IMG/VR virus record: IMGVR_UViG_3300032250_000064
Coordinates: 1-42,241 of that record
Source of the DNA: a virus
Lineage: Duplodnaviria; Caudoviricetes
DNA: 42,241 nucleotides
Strand: one strand, 5' to 3'
In this document: positions 18,504 through 27,863 of the stretch, piece after piece
Position numbering within the stretch: position 1 is the stretch's first letter
How the letters are laid out: every line of letters starts with the position of its first letter
Position numbers and translations under genes: made by a program
Notes under the pieces: generated by a model
Told to the model about the DNA's origin: nothing
What the model saw: only the letters and a program-made list of their open reading frames with translations
Database searches by the model: none

Positions 18504-18658
18504 TTCTTGGGTTTCTTAGCGGTCTTGGCTGCAGCCTTAAATGCAGCAGCACTGGGGCGACCTTTTTCACCCTTGCGTGCCATTCGCTCTTTGCTGCCAG
18601 CCTCAATCCGCTCGCGCTTGGCGTGGATGTTGGCGTAAAGCCCAGGTTTCTTGGCCAT
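18500..18658 (-). CDS. Small Lys/Arg-rich protein, 52 aa (not in ORF track)
   Basis: [52 protein letters not shown]; TAATG and ATGA coupling on both sides. Confidence 0.75.
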   Translation of the reverse strand: MAKKPGLYANIHAKRERIEAGSKERMARKGEKGRPSAAAFKAAAKTAKKPKK

Positions 18659-18801
18659 TACTTTTTACCTTTAGGTTTACGGGATTTGCCAGCCTTGGAC
18701 AGGGCGATAGCAATAGCTTGCTTTTGCGGTTTGCCAGACTTCATCTCAGCCTTGATATTGGCCGAGATGGTCTTTTGAGAGCTACCTTTCTTTAATGGCA
18801 C
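18658..18801 (-). CDS. Small Lys-rich protein, 47 aa (not in ORF track)
   Basis: GTG start; [47 protein letters not shown]. Confidence 0.75.
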   Translation of the reverse strand: MPLKKGSSQKTISANIKAEMKSGKPQKQAIAIALSKAGKSRKPKGKK

Positions 18802-20002
18802 CGTATCGAGCCCGCAACTGATCTAAGGTTAGCTCTGACCCATCGTCGCGGACCAGCTTGGCAATGGCAGCATCAGGACCATGTTTATCCGCCAGCCTGC
18901 GAAAGTAGGGAGCCTTGCTACCTAGCGCCTGCTGCTGACGGGCTAGCACATCTGCTTTAGATTCGCCTGGCATCTTGTCGTACAGCCATTTGCCGTACGT
19001 GGTGTTGGCCGGCACTTGCCCATCGGCGCTAGAACGTGTACCCGCTGGCGGTGGCGTAAACCCCAGCTCTTTGTAGTCGATCACCGGCACGGTGGTGCTA
19101 CGGCAATTGAAATGCTGCGGCGGTGTCGGTCCTTTGCCGTATGGAAACTCTTGGCCATCTAATGCCCGACAGATCGCGCTCGTCCGGGTGTCGAGCGTGG
19201 CGACGTACCTGTAGCGCGGTGTGATGTCCTGGTTTGCCTCGTATACCTGCTGACTAGCGGTATTGGCAACCTGATTGATGCTGGTGCGGACTAACGTGAT
19301 GACCTGGTTGTCGGCTACGGCTGTTGCCTGCCCACCTGCTGCGACAAGTTGCTTAGCGGTCTTAGCCTCCTCGCCAAACTGCAGGCTGCCAATTAAGCGC
19401 TTAGCAATGTCAGGCGTCGGTTCACCAGTTAGCAATCCTTGCCGCACCACCTGCGAGAACCGTTCGGCCTGATCGACGGCGATGCCACGAAACGCTTTGC
19501 TGACCACTTCACCATTGGGCAAGGTAATGGTGGCACCCTGAGCAGCAGTCAGGCTGAACGTAGCCGGTGCGCCCTGTACTGCTGCGAACAGGTCATCCGA
19601 CAGCGCCACCACGTTGAGCTGCGTTGGGTCGGTCGTGACCACCGACTGCGCAAACTGCGGGCTGATCTCAACAGTGCGCACTGCATCACGAGCGCCAGCA
19701 GGTAATGCACGCCGTAACTGCTCGGTCACGAACTCAGATTGCAACTGCGCGATGCCCTGCAATTCTGTTGCCGTAAGCTCCGTTGCATCACCTGCCCAAG
19801 TGCCGAGGCTGTCTTTCAGTTGCGCCAAAATCGCCCGCAATCTGGCAGCCTTGACCGGTGCGGCCAACTCGTCAATGGTGCGCAGTTGATTAACTGCATC
19901 GATAATGATGTCGTTGTAAGCATTGATGATGCGCCGCGCAACGCTATTGCTGAACCTGTTTAGATCAATGGCATTGCGGTATAGCGCTTCTGGTGTGGCC
20001 AT
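18782..20002 (-). CDS. Head morphogenesis protein (SPP1 gp7 / Mu F-like)
   Basis: VRTSINQ...[18 protein letters not shown]...[10 protein letters not shown]. Confidence 0.9.
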   Translation of the reverse strand: MATPEALYRNAIDLNRFSNSVARRIINAYNDIIIDAVNQLRTIDELAAPVKAARLRAILAQLKDSLGTWAGDATELTATELQGIAQLQSEFVTEQLRRALPAGARDAVRTVEISPQFAQSVVTTDPTQLNVVALSDDLFAAVQGAPATFSLTAAQGATITLPNGEVVSKAFRGIAVDQAERFSQVVRQGLLTGEPTPDIAKRLIGSLQFGEEAKTAKQLVAAGGQATAVADNQVITLVRTSINQVANTASQQVYEANQDITPRYRYVATLDTRTSAICRALDGQEFPYGKGPTPPQHFNCRSTTVPVIDYKELGFTPPPAGTRSSADGQVPANTTYGKWLYDKMPGESKADVLARQQQALGSKAPYFRRLADKHGPDAAIAKLVRDDGSELTLDQLRARYGAIKER

Positions 20003-20319
20003 TAGATGACACCAAGTTGCTCAGGGCGATATTGCGACCTGATACTTACATTGGCGCCACGGTTTAATGCACCCTGTACGGCAGCGGCAAAGGCGTCGTA
20101 ACCGTTCTGACCGTCTTTCATGATGCGCAACTCGTCTACTTCATCGGCTTTGCCGTCTTTGTACCATGTCAGCCGGATGACGGCTAACACCTCATCAGGC
20201 AAATCGCATACGGTGTAATCAAGTTCCTGTTTCCTGGGCTTCTTCGGCTCCATCCATATCATTAGGTCCACTAGCCAGTCTGTCAGCTTGTCGAGAAGAC
20301 GGTAGATCAAGCCCCGCAT
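20002..20319 (-). CDS. Hypothetical protein
   Basis: TAATG-coupled to the gp7-like gene; 5' end overlaps portal, so the true start may be later. Confidence 0.55.
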   Translation of the reverse strand: MRGLIYRLLDKLTDWLVDLMIWMEPKKPRKQELDYTVCDLPDEVLAVIRLTWYKDGKADEVDELRIMKDGQNGYDAFAAAVQGALNRGANVSIRSQYRPEQLGVI

Positions 20320-21664
20320 TGGATGTGGCCTCCAGTTCCTCGTCTACATCAAAGTTATCGCCCAGTACGTCGCCTTCGGCAAGCTCACGCAACAGGGTTT
20401 CTTGACTGATGGTGCCGGCGGTGTACAGCGACAGCAGTGATTGGATGTCCTGCGGCTCAAGGCGTGCACCAAGGAAGTCACGGTTGACGTAAGCGCTACC
20501 GGCTGCGGTGGCATTGCCCAGGTAGGTGGCGTGCCACTGCAGGCAGTTGTCAATCATGTCCTGCATGTTTTGCGCGATCACCATCATGGTGCTGTCGCCT
20601 TGGCTGCGGTCAATGCGTTTTGCCTCGGCGGTCTCGGCGCTCAGCTTCTGGCCTAGCACTGCCGACAGCCCAAGCTCGTTGATCTGCAGCGCAAGCTGCT
20701 CGAGCCGGCGGAACTGCGCCTCGAAGCTGCGGCCTGCTGGTTCGATGTACTCGGCGCGACCTTCGGCCGGAAATGCGATTGCCTCACCAGGTCCGGCTGA
20801 TACCTCTTCTGCTGCTGACGGAAACCCGTAAAACGCCAGCATTGGCACCGCTGAGATATGCAGCTGGTTATCGAGGTCCGACTGCACTTGGTAGGTTTTG
20901 AGGTTCAGTTCTGCGATGTCCTCAAGCGGTGGGCGTGACTCCATAAAGCCATGCCGCTGCGCATAGGCAATGCTGAACGGGATTTGGCTAAGGCTGGTTC
21001 GGCCTTCATCGACGACGGTGAACTCACCACTGTCCTGCTTGCGGTGGATGCGATATTCGCCAGGCGTTAGGACTCGCACCTGCTCGACTGCCTTTTCGCC
21101 AAACTCGCCATCAGGGACGGTGACCACTTCCGCTAGCCGCAGTTGCGTCAGCACCTGCCGGCCTTCTTGCGTTTCGGTGCGCCAGCCAAGGATCTGCCTA
21201 GGCGTGTATGTCACCCAGTAGGGTCGACCTCCATTAGCTGGTGCATCCACCAATGTACCAACGTGGCCATAACGGACCATTTTGCGGGTTGTTTCATAAG
21301 TCCAGACATTAAGGTCATTACCTTGCAGGTCTACGTCAAACAGTTGCTCGCGGATGACGTCAGCAGTGTCATCTAGCCTGACTGGTTTGCGCGTGAGCAT
21401 GCCAGCCAGCATGCGCTCTAGGCGGATGTAATACGGCGGGCAAACGCTACGGGCTAAGCGGTTGTCGTAGGACTCGTCTAGCTCGCGTGGTTCTTGCGGC
21501 AGGTAACGGCGATGCTTCTTGCGCATGCCGTAGGTGCCCTGCAGTAGGTCCTCAATCAGGATCCAATGCGGCTCTTGCGCATACCAAGCGGTGTTGGGGT
21601 CATTAACCCTAGATACGGTGCGCTGTGCTAGCGGCCGGTCGTATGCATTAAAGCCGGTATACAC
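20219..21664 (-). CDS. Portal protein (DUF4055-type), 481 aa
   Basis: YLPQEPRE..ESYDNRLARS, DVDLQGNDL, YGHVGTLVD, PPLEDIAELN, ETAEAKRID motifs; follows terminase. Confidence 0.9.
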   Translation of the reverse strand: MYTGFNAYDRPLAQRTVSRVNDPNTAWYAQEPHWILIEDLLQGTYGMRKKHRRYLPQEPRELDESYDNRLARSVCPPYYIRLERMLAGMLTRKPVRLDDTADVIREQLFDVDLQGNDLNVWTYETTRKMVRYGHVGTLVDAPANGGRPYWVTYTPRQILGWRTETQEGRQVLTQLRLAEVVTVPDGEFGEKAVEQVRVLTPGEYRIHRKQDSGEFTVVDEGRTSLSQIPFSIAYAQRHGFMESRPPLEDIAELNLKTYQVQSDLDNQLHISAVPMLAFYGFPSAAEEVSAGPGEAIAFPAEGRAEYIEPAGRSFEAQFRRLEQLALQINELGLSAVLGQKLSAETAEAKRIDRSQGDSTMMVIAQNMQDMIDNCLQWHATYLGNATAAGSAYVNRDFLGARLEPQDIQSLLSLYTAGTISQETLLRELAEGDVLGDNFDVDEELEATSNAGLDLPSSRQADRLASGPNDMDGAEEAQETGT

Positions 21665-21688
21665 GACCGTTAGCTGCTGACAATGTTG

Positions 21689-21829
21689 TTAGTTTACGCG
21701 TTGATGGCAAGCCGGCTGGTTGTGATGCGCCTTGGCGGCCTGGTCACGGCCAACGCTGATGCCGACGGCGTACATCATGAACAACAGCGCCAGAGCTGCG
21801 AAGCGATTGAGCCAGGGATTGGTAGTCAT
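21689..21829 (-). CDS. Small membrane protein, 46 aa, between terminase and portal
   Basis: MTTNPWLNRFAALALLFMMYAVGISVGRDQ...; one hydrophobic helix; own promoter upstream. Confidence 0.6.
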   Translation of the reverse strand: MTTNPWLNRFAALALLFMMYAVGISVGRDQAAKAHHNQPACHQRVN

Positions 21830-21869
21830 GGTTGGGATGGTAGAAGGGCGGCCCGCGGGCCGTGAGCAA

Positions 21870-21898
21870 AAGATACCACTGTCCGCCGCCGTGGTCAA
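21870..21898 (-). promoter_or_regulatory. Sigma70-like promoter
   Basis: TTGACC-17 bp-TATCTT with TG extended -10. Confidence 0.6.
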
Positions 21899-21900
21899 CC

Positions 21901-23250
21901 TTAGTAGAGCCTGACTCCAGTGCCGCGGCCAGCGCCAGCGTGCAACGGGTTGAACTCACGCCATACCAGGTACCCGAGCGCATCGTTCATGTGATCAAAG
22001 CCAGCGTCCTTGTCCGGTTCGCCCTTGTCGCTGTAGCACTGCAGCTCCAAGCACTCGATCACGCGTTTGCAGCCCTGCGCCACCTGCAGCCGCACTTGCC
22101 CTTTACCGTTCTCCAGCAGCGCTTGCACGGCTGCTACCCGTTCACGCACCGGCGGGTTGCTCCGTGGTGACTGGTTCGACATGCCATAGGACTCCAGTAT
22201 TTGGATGTCGGTCTGGCTTGCATTGGTGCTGCGGCTGCCACCGCTGGCATCGGGATAAACGTAGATTTGCTGCTGCGGATGCCGGCGACGGATCTCTTGT
22301 GCTAGTGCATCGGTGTCATGCGCACCGGCGATCTCGTCAATCACCAGTAGGCCATTGTTCAGCCGGACGGCGATCACCGCAGACATGTTGCCCACGTTGA
22401 AGTCAATACCAACGCGGATCGGCTCGCGGGTGATGTCCGGCACTGTGGCTGTGACATGCTTTGCCCGATCAAAGCGGTCATACACCTGCCCAGTTGTCAG
22501 GTTGACGAACTCGCCATCTAGGTACGCCCGCAGCAGGCTTGGGTCGTAGTTGGCTTCTAGCCGCTCAATGAAGTCCGGCGGCAAATGCGGGTTGTCCGCC
22601 GTGCGCATCTTGATCAGCTGCCGGTCTGGCCGCTGCTTGGCCTCGTCGCTGCCAAATGTGTTCCACATCCACCGGAACCCTTCCGGTGTGGACGCTGCTG
22701 CAAATTGCCGGACATTGCCGGACCGCAAACGGCCGAGGATCTTCGGGAATGCCTTATTCGCAATGCTGGGCGTCACGGTGTCGATCTCGTCGGCCAGCAC
22801 CCATGCAAGGTTCAAGCCAATGATGCGGCTCCAGTTTTCAAAGCTGCGGCACAGGATCTTGGTGTCACCGCCTGGCAAATGCAGCATGTACTCCGGTAAC
22901 GGCGACGCCCTAAACGTGTACGGGATGTCGTACGCCTCAAGGAACGCCTCGAAGTCCGTTTGCCAAATATCCCGAATCAGCGGTCCGGTCGGCTCCATCA
23001 CGCAACCGATGAACCCCTGATTGACGGCCGCCAGCATCACAGCCTTGGCGCATAGCGCCCGTGTCTTGCCTGCGCCGTAGCCCGCGCTAATGCCAAGGAT
23101 CTGCGTAGCGGTGTCATCCACAAACGCAAGCTGTCCAGGGTGCAGGTCAGCACGGATGCGGGCAACTAGATCACCCGTATCCTCTGGCGTCTGCTGCTGC
23201 ATGAACGCAAGCAGCGGCACTGGTTCGCAGATGCCTGTTAGCAGGCTCAT
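21901..23250 (-). CDS. terL: Terminase large subunit
   Basis: Walker A AGYGAGKT, Walker B VLADEID, STPEG, nuclease GIDFN and DHMNDALGY. Confidence 0.95.
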   Translation of the reverse strand: MSLLTGICEPVPLLAFMQQQTPEDTGDLVARIRADLHPGQLAFVDDTATQILGISAGYGAGKTRALCAKAVMLAAVNQGFIGCVMEPTGPLIRDIWQTDFEAFLEAYDIPYTFRASPLPEYMLHLPGGDTKILCRSFENWSRIIGLNLAWVLADEIDTVTPSIANKAFPKILGRLRSGNVRQFAAASTPEGFRWMWNTFGSDEAKQRPDRQLIKMRTADNPHLPPDFIERLEANYDPSLLRAYLDGEFVNLTTGQVYDRFDRAKHVTATVPDITREPIRVGIDFNVGNMSAVIAVRLNNGLLVIDEIAGAHDTDALAQEIRRRHPQQQIYVYPDASGGSRSTNASQTDIQILESYGMSNQSPRSNPPVRERVAAVQALLENGKGQVRLQVAQGCKRVIECLELQCYSDKGEPDKDAGFDHMNDALGYLVWREFNPLHAGAGRGTGVRLY

Positions 23251-23570
23251 GACATCTCAAACCGCAGAAGACGGGCTTGCTTGTCCAGTGCAATCAGCGC
23301 AGTGTTGAGCTGATCCTTCTCGGCAGCGCGGCGCTCGTATTCCATTGCTCGTGCAACCGCAGCCTCAAGCCACTGAGAGCGTTCCATCTTGGCATCAGCA
23401 GACAAAAGCTCACGAGCGCGGGCAATATAAGAATCAACTTGACGATCACCTATCCCCCAGTTTTCTGCGGCAAACTGAATGATTTGCTTTCTACTATGAG
23501 CGCGCAAGAGCAAGTTATAGACAGCATTTGTGCGCTGTTCTGACTCTGTATTGTTGCACTTGCGCGCCAT
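23247..23570 (-). CDS. Terminase small subunit (putative)
   Basis: HTH-like N-terminus (WGIGDRQVDSYIARA), helical C-terminus; ATGA-coupled to terL. Confidence 0.7.
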   Translation of the reverse strand: MARKCNNTESEQRTNAVYNLLLRAHSRKQIIQFAAENWGIGDRQVDSYIARARELLSADAKMERSQWLEAAVARAMEYERRAAEKDQLNTALIALDKQARLLRFEMS

Positions 23571-23574
23571 TGTA

Positions 23575-24615
23575 TTACTCCCGGATTTGGATTGGCATGA
23601 TGAGATAGGTCTGCTCTGTCATGCTAGTCGGCCTTAGCACGACCGGCGTCGTTGCGCTGTTGGCCGACAGTGTAACAGTCTCTGCCTGCCGCATGGCTTT
23701 TAGGCCATCAAGTAGGTAGTGCACGTTGAACGCCCAGGTGCCAATGGCGTCACCATCGATGGCAAGCGTCTCGCGGCCATTGTTGGCATCGGCCTCGGCG
23801 GTGATAGCGACCTTGCCAGCAACGGCGGTGATTTTAACCACAGAGTTATGCGCTTCTGCGATCAACGCGACGCGTTCTAGGCATCGAATGAACCGGTGCC
23901 GGTCCAGGGTGATGGTGTGCTCAAAGCTGGTGGGCACCAACGCTGCCACCTCTGGGTATTTGCCATCCAGGATGCGGCTGTAGATGGTGATGCCATCACC
24001 TGCATCGATGACCGCTTGGCCGGTTGTTGCAGCCACCGTGACCGTCCGGTCCTGCAGCAGCTTCATGGTGCTGGCTGGTAGCACCAGATCAATGCCGTCC
24101 GGCAGCGGTACGGGCACGCGCATCATGCGGTGGCCGTCGGTGGCCTCCATGAAGCCGGCTGCCATGTGGATGCCTTGGAGAATCTGCTTGCTGCTGTCGG
24201 TGCTGACCGCTGCCATGCAGGCACGCACGCCAGCGGTCAGGTCCAGCTCGGCGCTAGGAGCCTCCACAACGGGCATGGCGGGGTAATCGGCTGCATCCTG
24301 CACGGCAAGCCCGTAAGAGCCGCTGGAGGCGCTCACAGCGCCGTCTGACAGCGTCACTGGCTCGCCATCGTCCATGCGGCTCACGAGCCCTGCCAGTAGC
24401 CGATACGGCAGCGCCACGGTGCCGGGTGTGTCCACGGCTGCCGGTACGGACACCGTGATGCCGAGTTCCAGGTTGAAGCCGGTCACGGTCATGACACCAG
24501 CGTCAGCAGCAATCAGGCAGCAGCTCAGGATCGGGTGGCTGTTGCTGGTGCTGATGGCTGGGGCAATAGTGCGGAGCGCATGGCTGAGATCAGCTTGCGT
24601 GGTGATCAGTTTCAT
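23575..24615 (-). CDS. dnaN: DNA polymerase III beta sliding clamp, 346 aa
   Basis: HPILSC, GFNLELGI, ATDGHR, RILDGKYP, FNVHYLLDGLK, C-terminal YLIMPIQIR. Confidence 0.92.
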   Translation of the reverse strand: MKLITTQADLSHALRTIAPAISTSNSHPILSCCLIAADAGVMTVTGFNLELGITVSVPAAVDTPGTVALPYRLLAGLVSRMDDGEPVTLSDGAVSASSGSYGLAVQDAADYPAMPVVEAPSAELDLTAGVRACMAAVSTDSSKQILQGIHMAAGFMEATDGHRMMRVPVPLPDGIDLVLPASTMKLLQDRTVTVAATTGQAVIDAGDGITIYSRILDGKYPEVAALVPTSFEHTITLDRHRFIRCLERVALIAEAHNSVVKITAVAGKVAITAEADANNGRETLAIDGDAIGTWAFNVHYLLDGLKAMRQAETVTLSANSATTPVVLRPTSMTEQTYLIMPIQIRE

Positions 24616-24812
24616 GTGGCAGCTTCTGTGAGGATTGAAACGAGCTTGTGATAGTCAGCTTCAAAGGATGAAACCAGTTCAGCCGGGATGGGCTGCTGGT
24701 CATCTTGTGCATTGTCGCGGATGGCAGCGGCGTAGGCAAGCGCATGCTCCATGACGTCATGGAGCCGGTTGATCACGGGTTGTTGCTTGGCTGAGATGTT
24801 GATCAGATCCAT
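24612..24812 (-). CDS. Hypothetical protein, 66 aa
   Basis: ATGA-coupled to dnaN; -10-like TAGTGT at 24839-34. Confidence 0.6.
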   Translation of the reverse strand: MDLINISAKQQPVINRLHDVMEHALAYAAAIRDNAQDDQQPIPAELVSSFEADYHKLVSILTEAAT

Positions 24813-24889
24813 CTGACGCGGTTAGCGCATCCAACACTAACCCATGTATGCCGCCCTGGTAAGCCCCTGTTGACAGTTTGCAATGGGGG

Positions 24890-25142
24890 CCTAACGGTCC
24901 TAACGGTCGCCTAACGGTGGGCGTTCGGCGCAAATCGCCCGCCACCACTGGGATCAAGCCCTAACCTAACACTCCTAACACTAAAAGAGATACATACATA
25001 CAAGAGGCAGCATCCCACCCACTCACACACTTACACCTTCTCTCTTAAAGGGGGGCTCTTCTGAAAAAGCGTTAGGACCGTTAGGAGCGTTAGTTTCCAG
25101 TGCTTGCAAGGGATTTCGGCCGAACGCCTCCGAACGGTTAGG
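24890..25142. repeat. Iteron cluster, probable replication origin
   Basis: CCTAACGGT x3 (24890, 24899, 24910), CCTAAC x3 (24960-79), inverted CGTTAG(G) x3 (25070-93), CCGAACG x2 (25120, 25130); directly after the primase-helicase stop. Confidence 0.75.
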
Positions 25143-27627
25143 CCGTCTCAAGCGGAATTTTGGTGGCTCGACTGTTACCGCCTGAACCCTTGAACCAAAT
25201 AACGCCGACCTTCTCGGCGCCTGGCAAGCGGGCCAGCACGGTTGGCCAACAGTTACTCCATGGCGTGTCAGAAAGGATGCTTGCGATGGCGTTAGCGGTG
25301 TTGGACACACAGATTGCGCCTTGCTCAGCCTTGATGCCGTTGCGTCCAAGGGTGGCCACTGCCAACTCGTTTGTTACAGCCATGTCATTGCCATAATGCA
25401 GCGCAAGATCGACAAGTTCGCCAATGGTTCGGGTTACTGTTTTATCTCCCTCGACTCGTATTTGATGCTGCAAGATGCGTTGCAGACAGCGCTTTTCGTC
25501 TGGTATTTCAATTGACTGGGAGTAAGGTTCCCAGTTGTTCTGTTCAATTAGTTGCCAAGCCTGCTCTCGGGTGACAACCTCACTGGACTGCAGGGACCAC
25601 GCGCCTGCTAAAAGCGTGCCATATTGATCACCAAGGCGCTGGCTATCAAATACCTCAGCGGCTGCACGGGTAAAGATGCGCACACTGGCACGGATTATGG
25701 GTATCAGTGCAATGGTCCGTGCCTGCAATCGTTGCCCAGTTGCTTCAGATACATGCTTGTCAAGATCCCGGTCTAAGGCTTCCCAATGGGCGATACGCTC
25801 AGCTTTTGGTAGCTCATTGGGATTGCGCAAAGTGAGCTGAGCAAAGCGTGATTTATCGGCGCCTTGCTTGAGGGCGGTTGCAATCGATGACATCAAAAAC
25901 ATCGACCTGATGGTGTAGCGCTGCGTGTCGCCTTCGGGGCTGCCCTTAAGGGTGTGGGCCTTGGACTCCGAGCTGGCAACTCGCGCTAGGCCGAGAATGG
26001 CCTGCATTCGCTGCTGGTCGGTGCGTTCGTTGGACTCGGCTTCGTCGAAGACCACCGGCAGAGCGTCAGCTCGCAATGCTTGCCGGATGCCTGGTTCTGT
26101 GGTGTTACCAGCCACCACTAAGCCCATGTCACCTAACAGTGGTGAGATGTATCGGTCAAGGATGGCGGACTTGCCGGAGCCCGCACCTGCGGTAAGCCAG
26201 GCATGCGGACGCCAGTCAAGAGCACCACAGATGGGTGCCAATGCTGCCCAACCGGCTAGCAGTAGGCCAGATGCTGGCACTTCCCAGTGGAAGCGTTCGG
26301 CCAGTTCGGCCAGGACAAAGGCTTCGTCGTCGGCTAAGGGTTTTGCATTTGCTGGACCACGGAGTCGTGCAAGACGCTGATAGAGGTATGGGCTGCCATC
26401 AACGCCAGCGCTGACATCACGCGAGTCACCGTCAACGACCAGGCGATCACCGAGGTGCAGTACACTGACACGCTTGTCCCACCATGCGCCGCGGCCACGG
26501 ATGCGGTCTGGGCTGTAGACACCAACAGCGGCTTGACGCTCGAACAAGCTGCTTGCTGCTGCAGTCCAGTTAACGCCAGTCTTGGATGGATACAGGGTCT
26601 CCCAGTAACCAAGAGGCGCCAGTGACACCAGATTGGTTCCGGTATGGCTGCTACGTGACAGGCGGGTCACTTGCCCGGTGCTGTGCGGCTGGTAGTAGAA
26701 GGAATCATTGTCAAAGCCAAGGCAGGTAAAACAGCTATCAGCCTGCGGTATGGGTTCTGGTTCGACAACGGGCGCCAGCTCAGGCTCAGCAACCGGCTCT
26801 GGCAACTCAATCGGTGCCGAGCGATGCCGCATCAGATGCGCTGCGGCCTGGGCTGGCGACCAATCCGCATCAGCTAGGTCCCACCCTTCGGGCACGCCTT
26901 CTGGCGGATGCACAATCCGCACTTGGGTTGCGCCGGCCCGCAATAGCCGTGGTGCCAACTTGGCCATGGCTTCACGGCCTGGCATATCGGCATCTGGCCA
27001 CAGCACGCAACGGCGACCAGCGATAGGGGACCAGTCGGCCTTGTCAATGGCTTGACAACCTGATGCCCATGTCAGTACGGCATGGCCGGGAAACAATGCA
27101 GCTGCTGCATCAGCGGTCTTTTCGCCTTCAACAATCAGCAGCGGCAGACTGGCATCACGACGTGCCCAGTACAACGGACGCGGTGATGGTGGTGCCTTAC
27201 GGCGCCAGGTATCGCCATCAAACCAAAGCGGGCGGATTTCTTTCTCGCCATCTGGCAGGTTGCGGCGCAACACATAAAAGGTCTCGGTGTACCGCCAATG
27301 CGCATCCCAACCTTTTAACGGCGGCGCTGGTATTGGCTTGGCTAGGCCAAGGTGCGCCTCAACTCGCTGCGCTGCTTCGGCAAAGCTCAACCCTGTTTTG
27401 CGCATCAGCATGTCCATGCCATTGCCGCCACCGCCGGTGCAGGCTTTGCCGCCGCACTTGTTGCAGAACCAGGAGCCGGAGCCGTCTTGGTCATCAAAGC
27501 GGTAACGGTCGCGGCCACCACAAAGCGGGCACGGCTGATGCTTATCGGTGAGCTGCTCGGCGGTCAAGCCAGCGAGCTGCTGCAACAGGTCCGGCCACCT
27601 GCCACGCGCTGCGTCGAGAATGCTCAT
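25138..27627 (-). CDS. Primase-helicase (Zn ribbon + TOPRIM + P-loop ATPase), P4 alpha-like architecture
   Basis: HQPCPLCGGRDRYRF...CNKCG; VEGEKTADAA; WPDAD..G; GWDLAD; GAGSGKS; VFDEAE. Confidence 0.9.
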   Translation of the reverse strand: MSILDAARGRWPDLLQQLAGLTAEQLTDKHQPCPLCGGRDRYRFDDQDGSGSWFCNKCGGKACTGGGGNGMDMLMRKTGLSFAEAAQRVEAHLGLAKPIPAPPLKGWDAHWRYTETFYVLRRNLPDGEKEIRPLWFDGDTWRRKAPPSPRPLYWARRDASLPLLIVEGEKTADAAAALFPGHAVLTWASGCQAIDKADWSPIAGRRCVLWPDADMPGREAMAKLAPRLLRAGATQVRIVHPPEGVPEGWDLADADWSPAQAAAHLMRHRSAPIELPEPVAEPELAPVVEPEPIPQADSCFTCLGFDNDSFYYQPHSTGQVTRLSRSSHTGTNLVSLAPLGYWETLYPSKTGVNWTAAASSLFERQAAVGVYSPDRIRGRGAWWDKRVSVLHLGDRLVVDGDSRDVSAGVDGSPYLYQRLARLRGPANAKPLADDEAFVLAELAERFHWEVPASGLLLAGWAALAPICGALDWRPHAWLTAGAGSGKSAILDRYISPLLGDMGLVVAGNTTEPGIRQALRADALPVVFDEAESNERTDQQRMQAILGLARVASSESKAHTLKGSPEGDTQRYTIRSMFLMSSIATALKQGADKSRFAQLTLRNPNELPKAERIAHWEALDRDLDKHVSEATGQRLQARTIALIPIIRASVRIFTRAAAEVFDSQRLGDQYGTLLAGAWSLQSSEVVTREQAWQLIEQNNWEPYSQSIEIPDEKRCLQRILQHQIRVEGDKTVTRTIGELVDLALHYGNDMAVTNELAVATLGRNGIKAEQGAICVSNTANAIASILSDTPWSNCWPTVLARLPGAEKVGVIWFKGSGGNSRATKIPLETA

Positions 27628-27797
27628 GGTTCACGACGCCCGGTAGCGGGCAGCAGGCCGCGGCCATGTAGGTCCATGGCCTGCTGCAGCAATAGTCGGA
27701 TGGCGGTGCCACGGGACATGGCGTCACCACGCCAAGAATCCAGCCATTGCAACAGATCTTCGGTCAGGCGTACTGGCGTTGGATTGGCTAAAGGCAT
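27624..27797 (-). CDS. Ribbon-helix-helix DNA-binding protein, 57 aa (not in ORF track)
   Basis: MPLANPTPVRLTEDLLQWLDSWRGDAMSRGTAIRLLLQQAM...; CopG-like pattern; ATGA-coupled to primase. Confidence 0.75.
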   Translation of the reverse strand: MPLANPTPVRLTEDLLQWLDSWRGDAMSRGTAIRLLLQQAMDLHGRGLLPATGRREP

Positions 27798-27814
27798 CTG
27801 CGGCGGCTTGGTGC

Positions 27815-27848
27815 TTGCACACTGTAGCCGGGGCTGCTACGCTTGCAA
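27815..27848. promoter_or_regulatory. Overlapping divergent promoters with palindromic operator
   Basis: Plus: TTGCAC-17-TACGCT; minus: TTGCAA-16-TACAGT; inner GTAGC-N7-GCTAC; lies at the strand switch. Confidence 0.65.
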
Positions 27849-27863
27849 GGCCACACGGCAGCT

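Noticed and set aside
24890-25142. Short repeats as a CRISPR array
   Set aside because: Units are 6-9 bp, in both orientations, with no regular unique spacers and no cas genes
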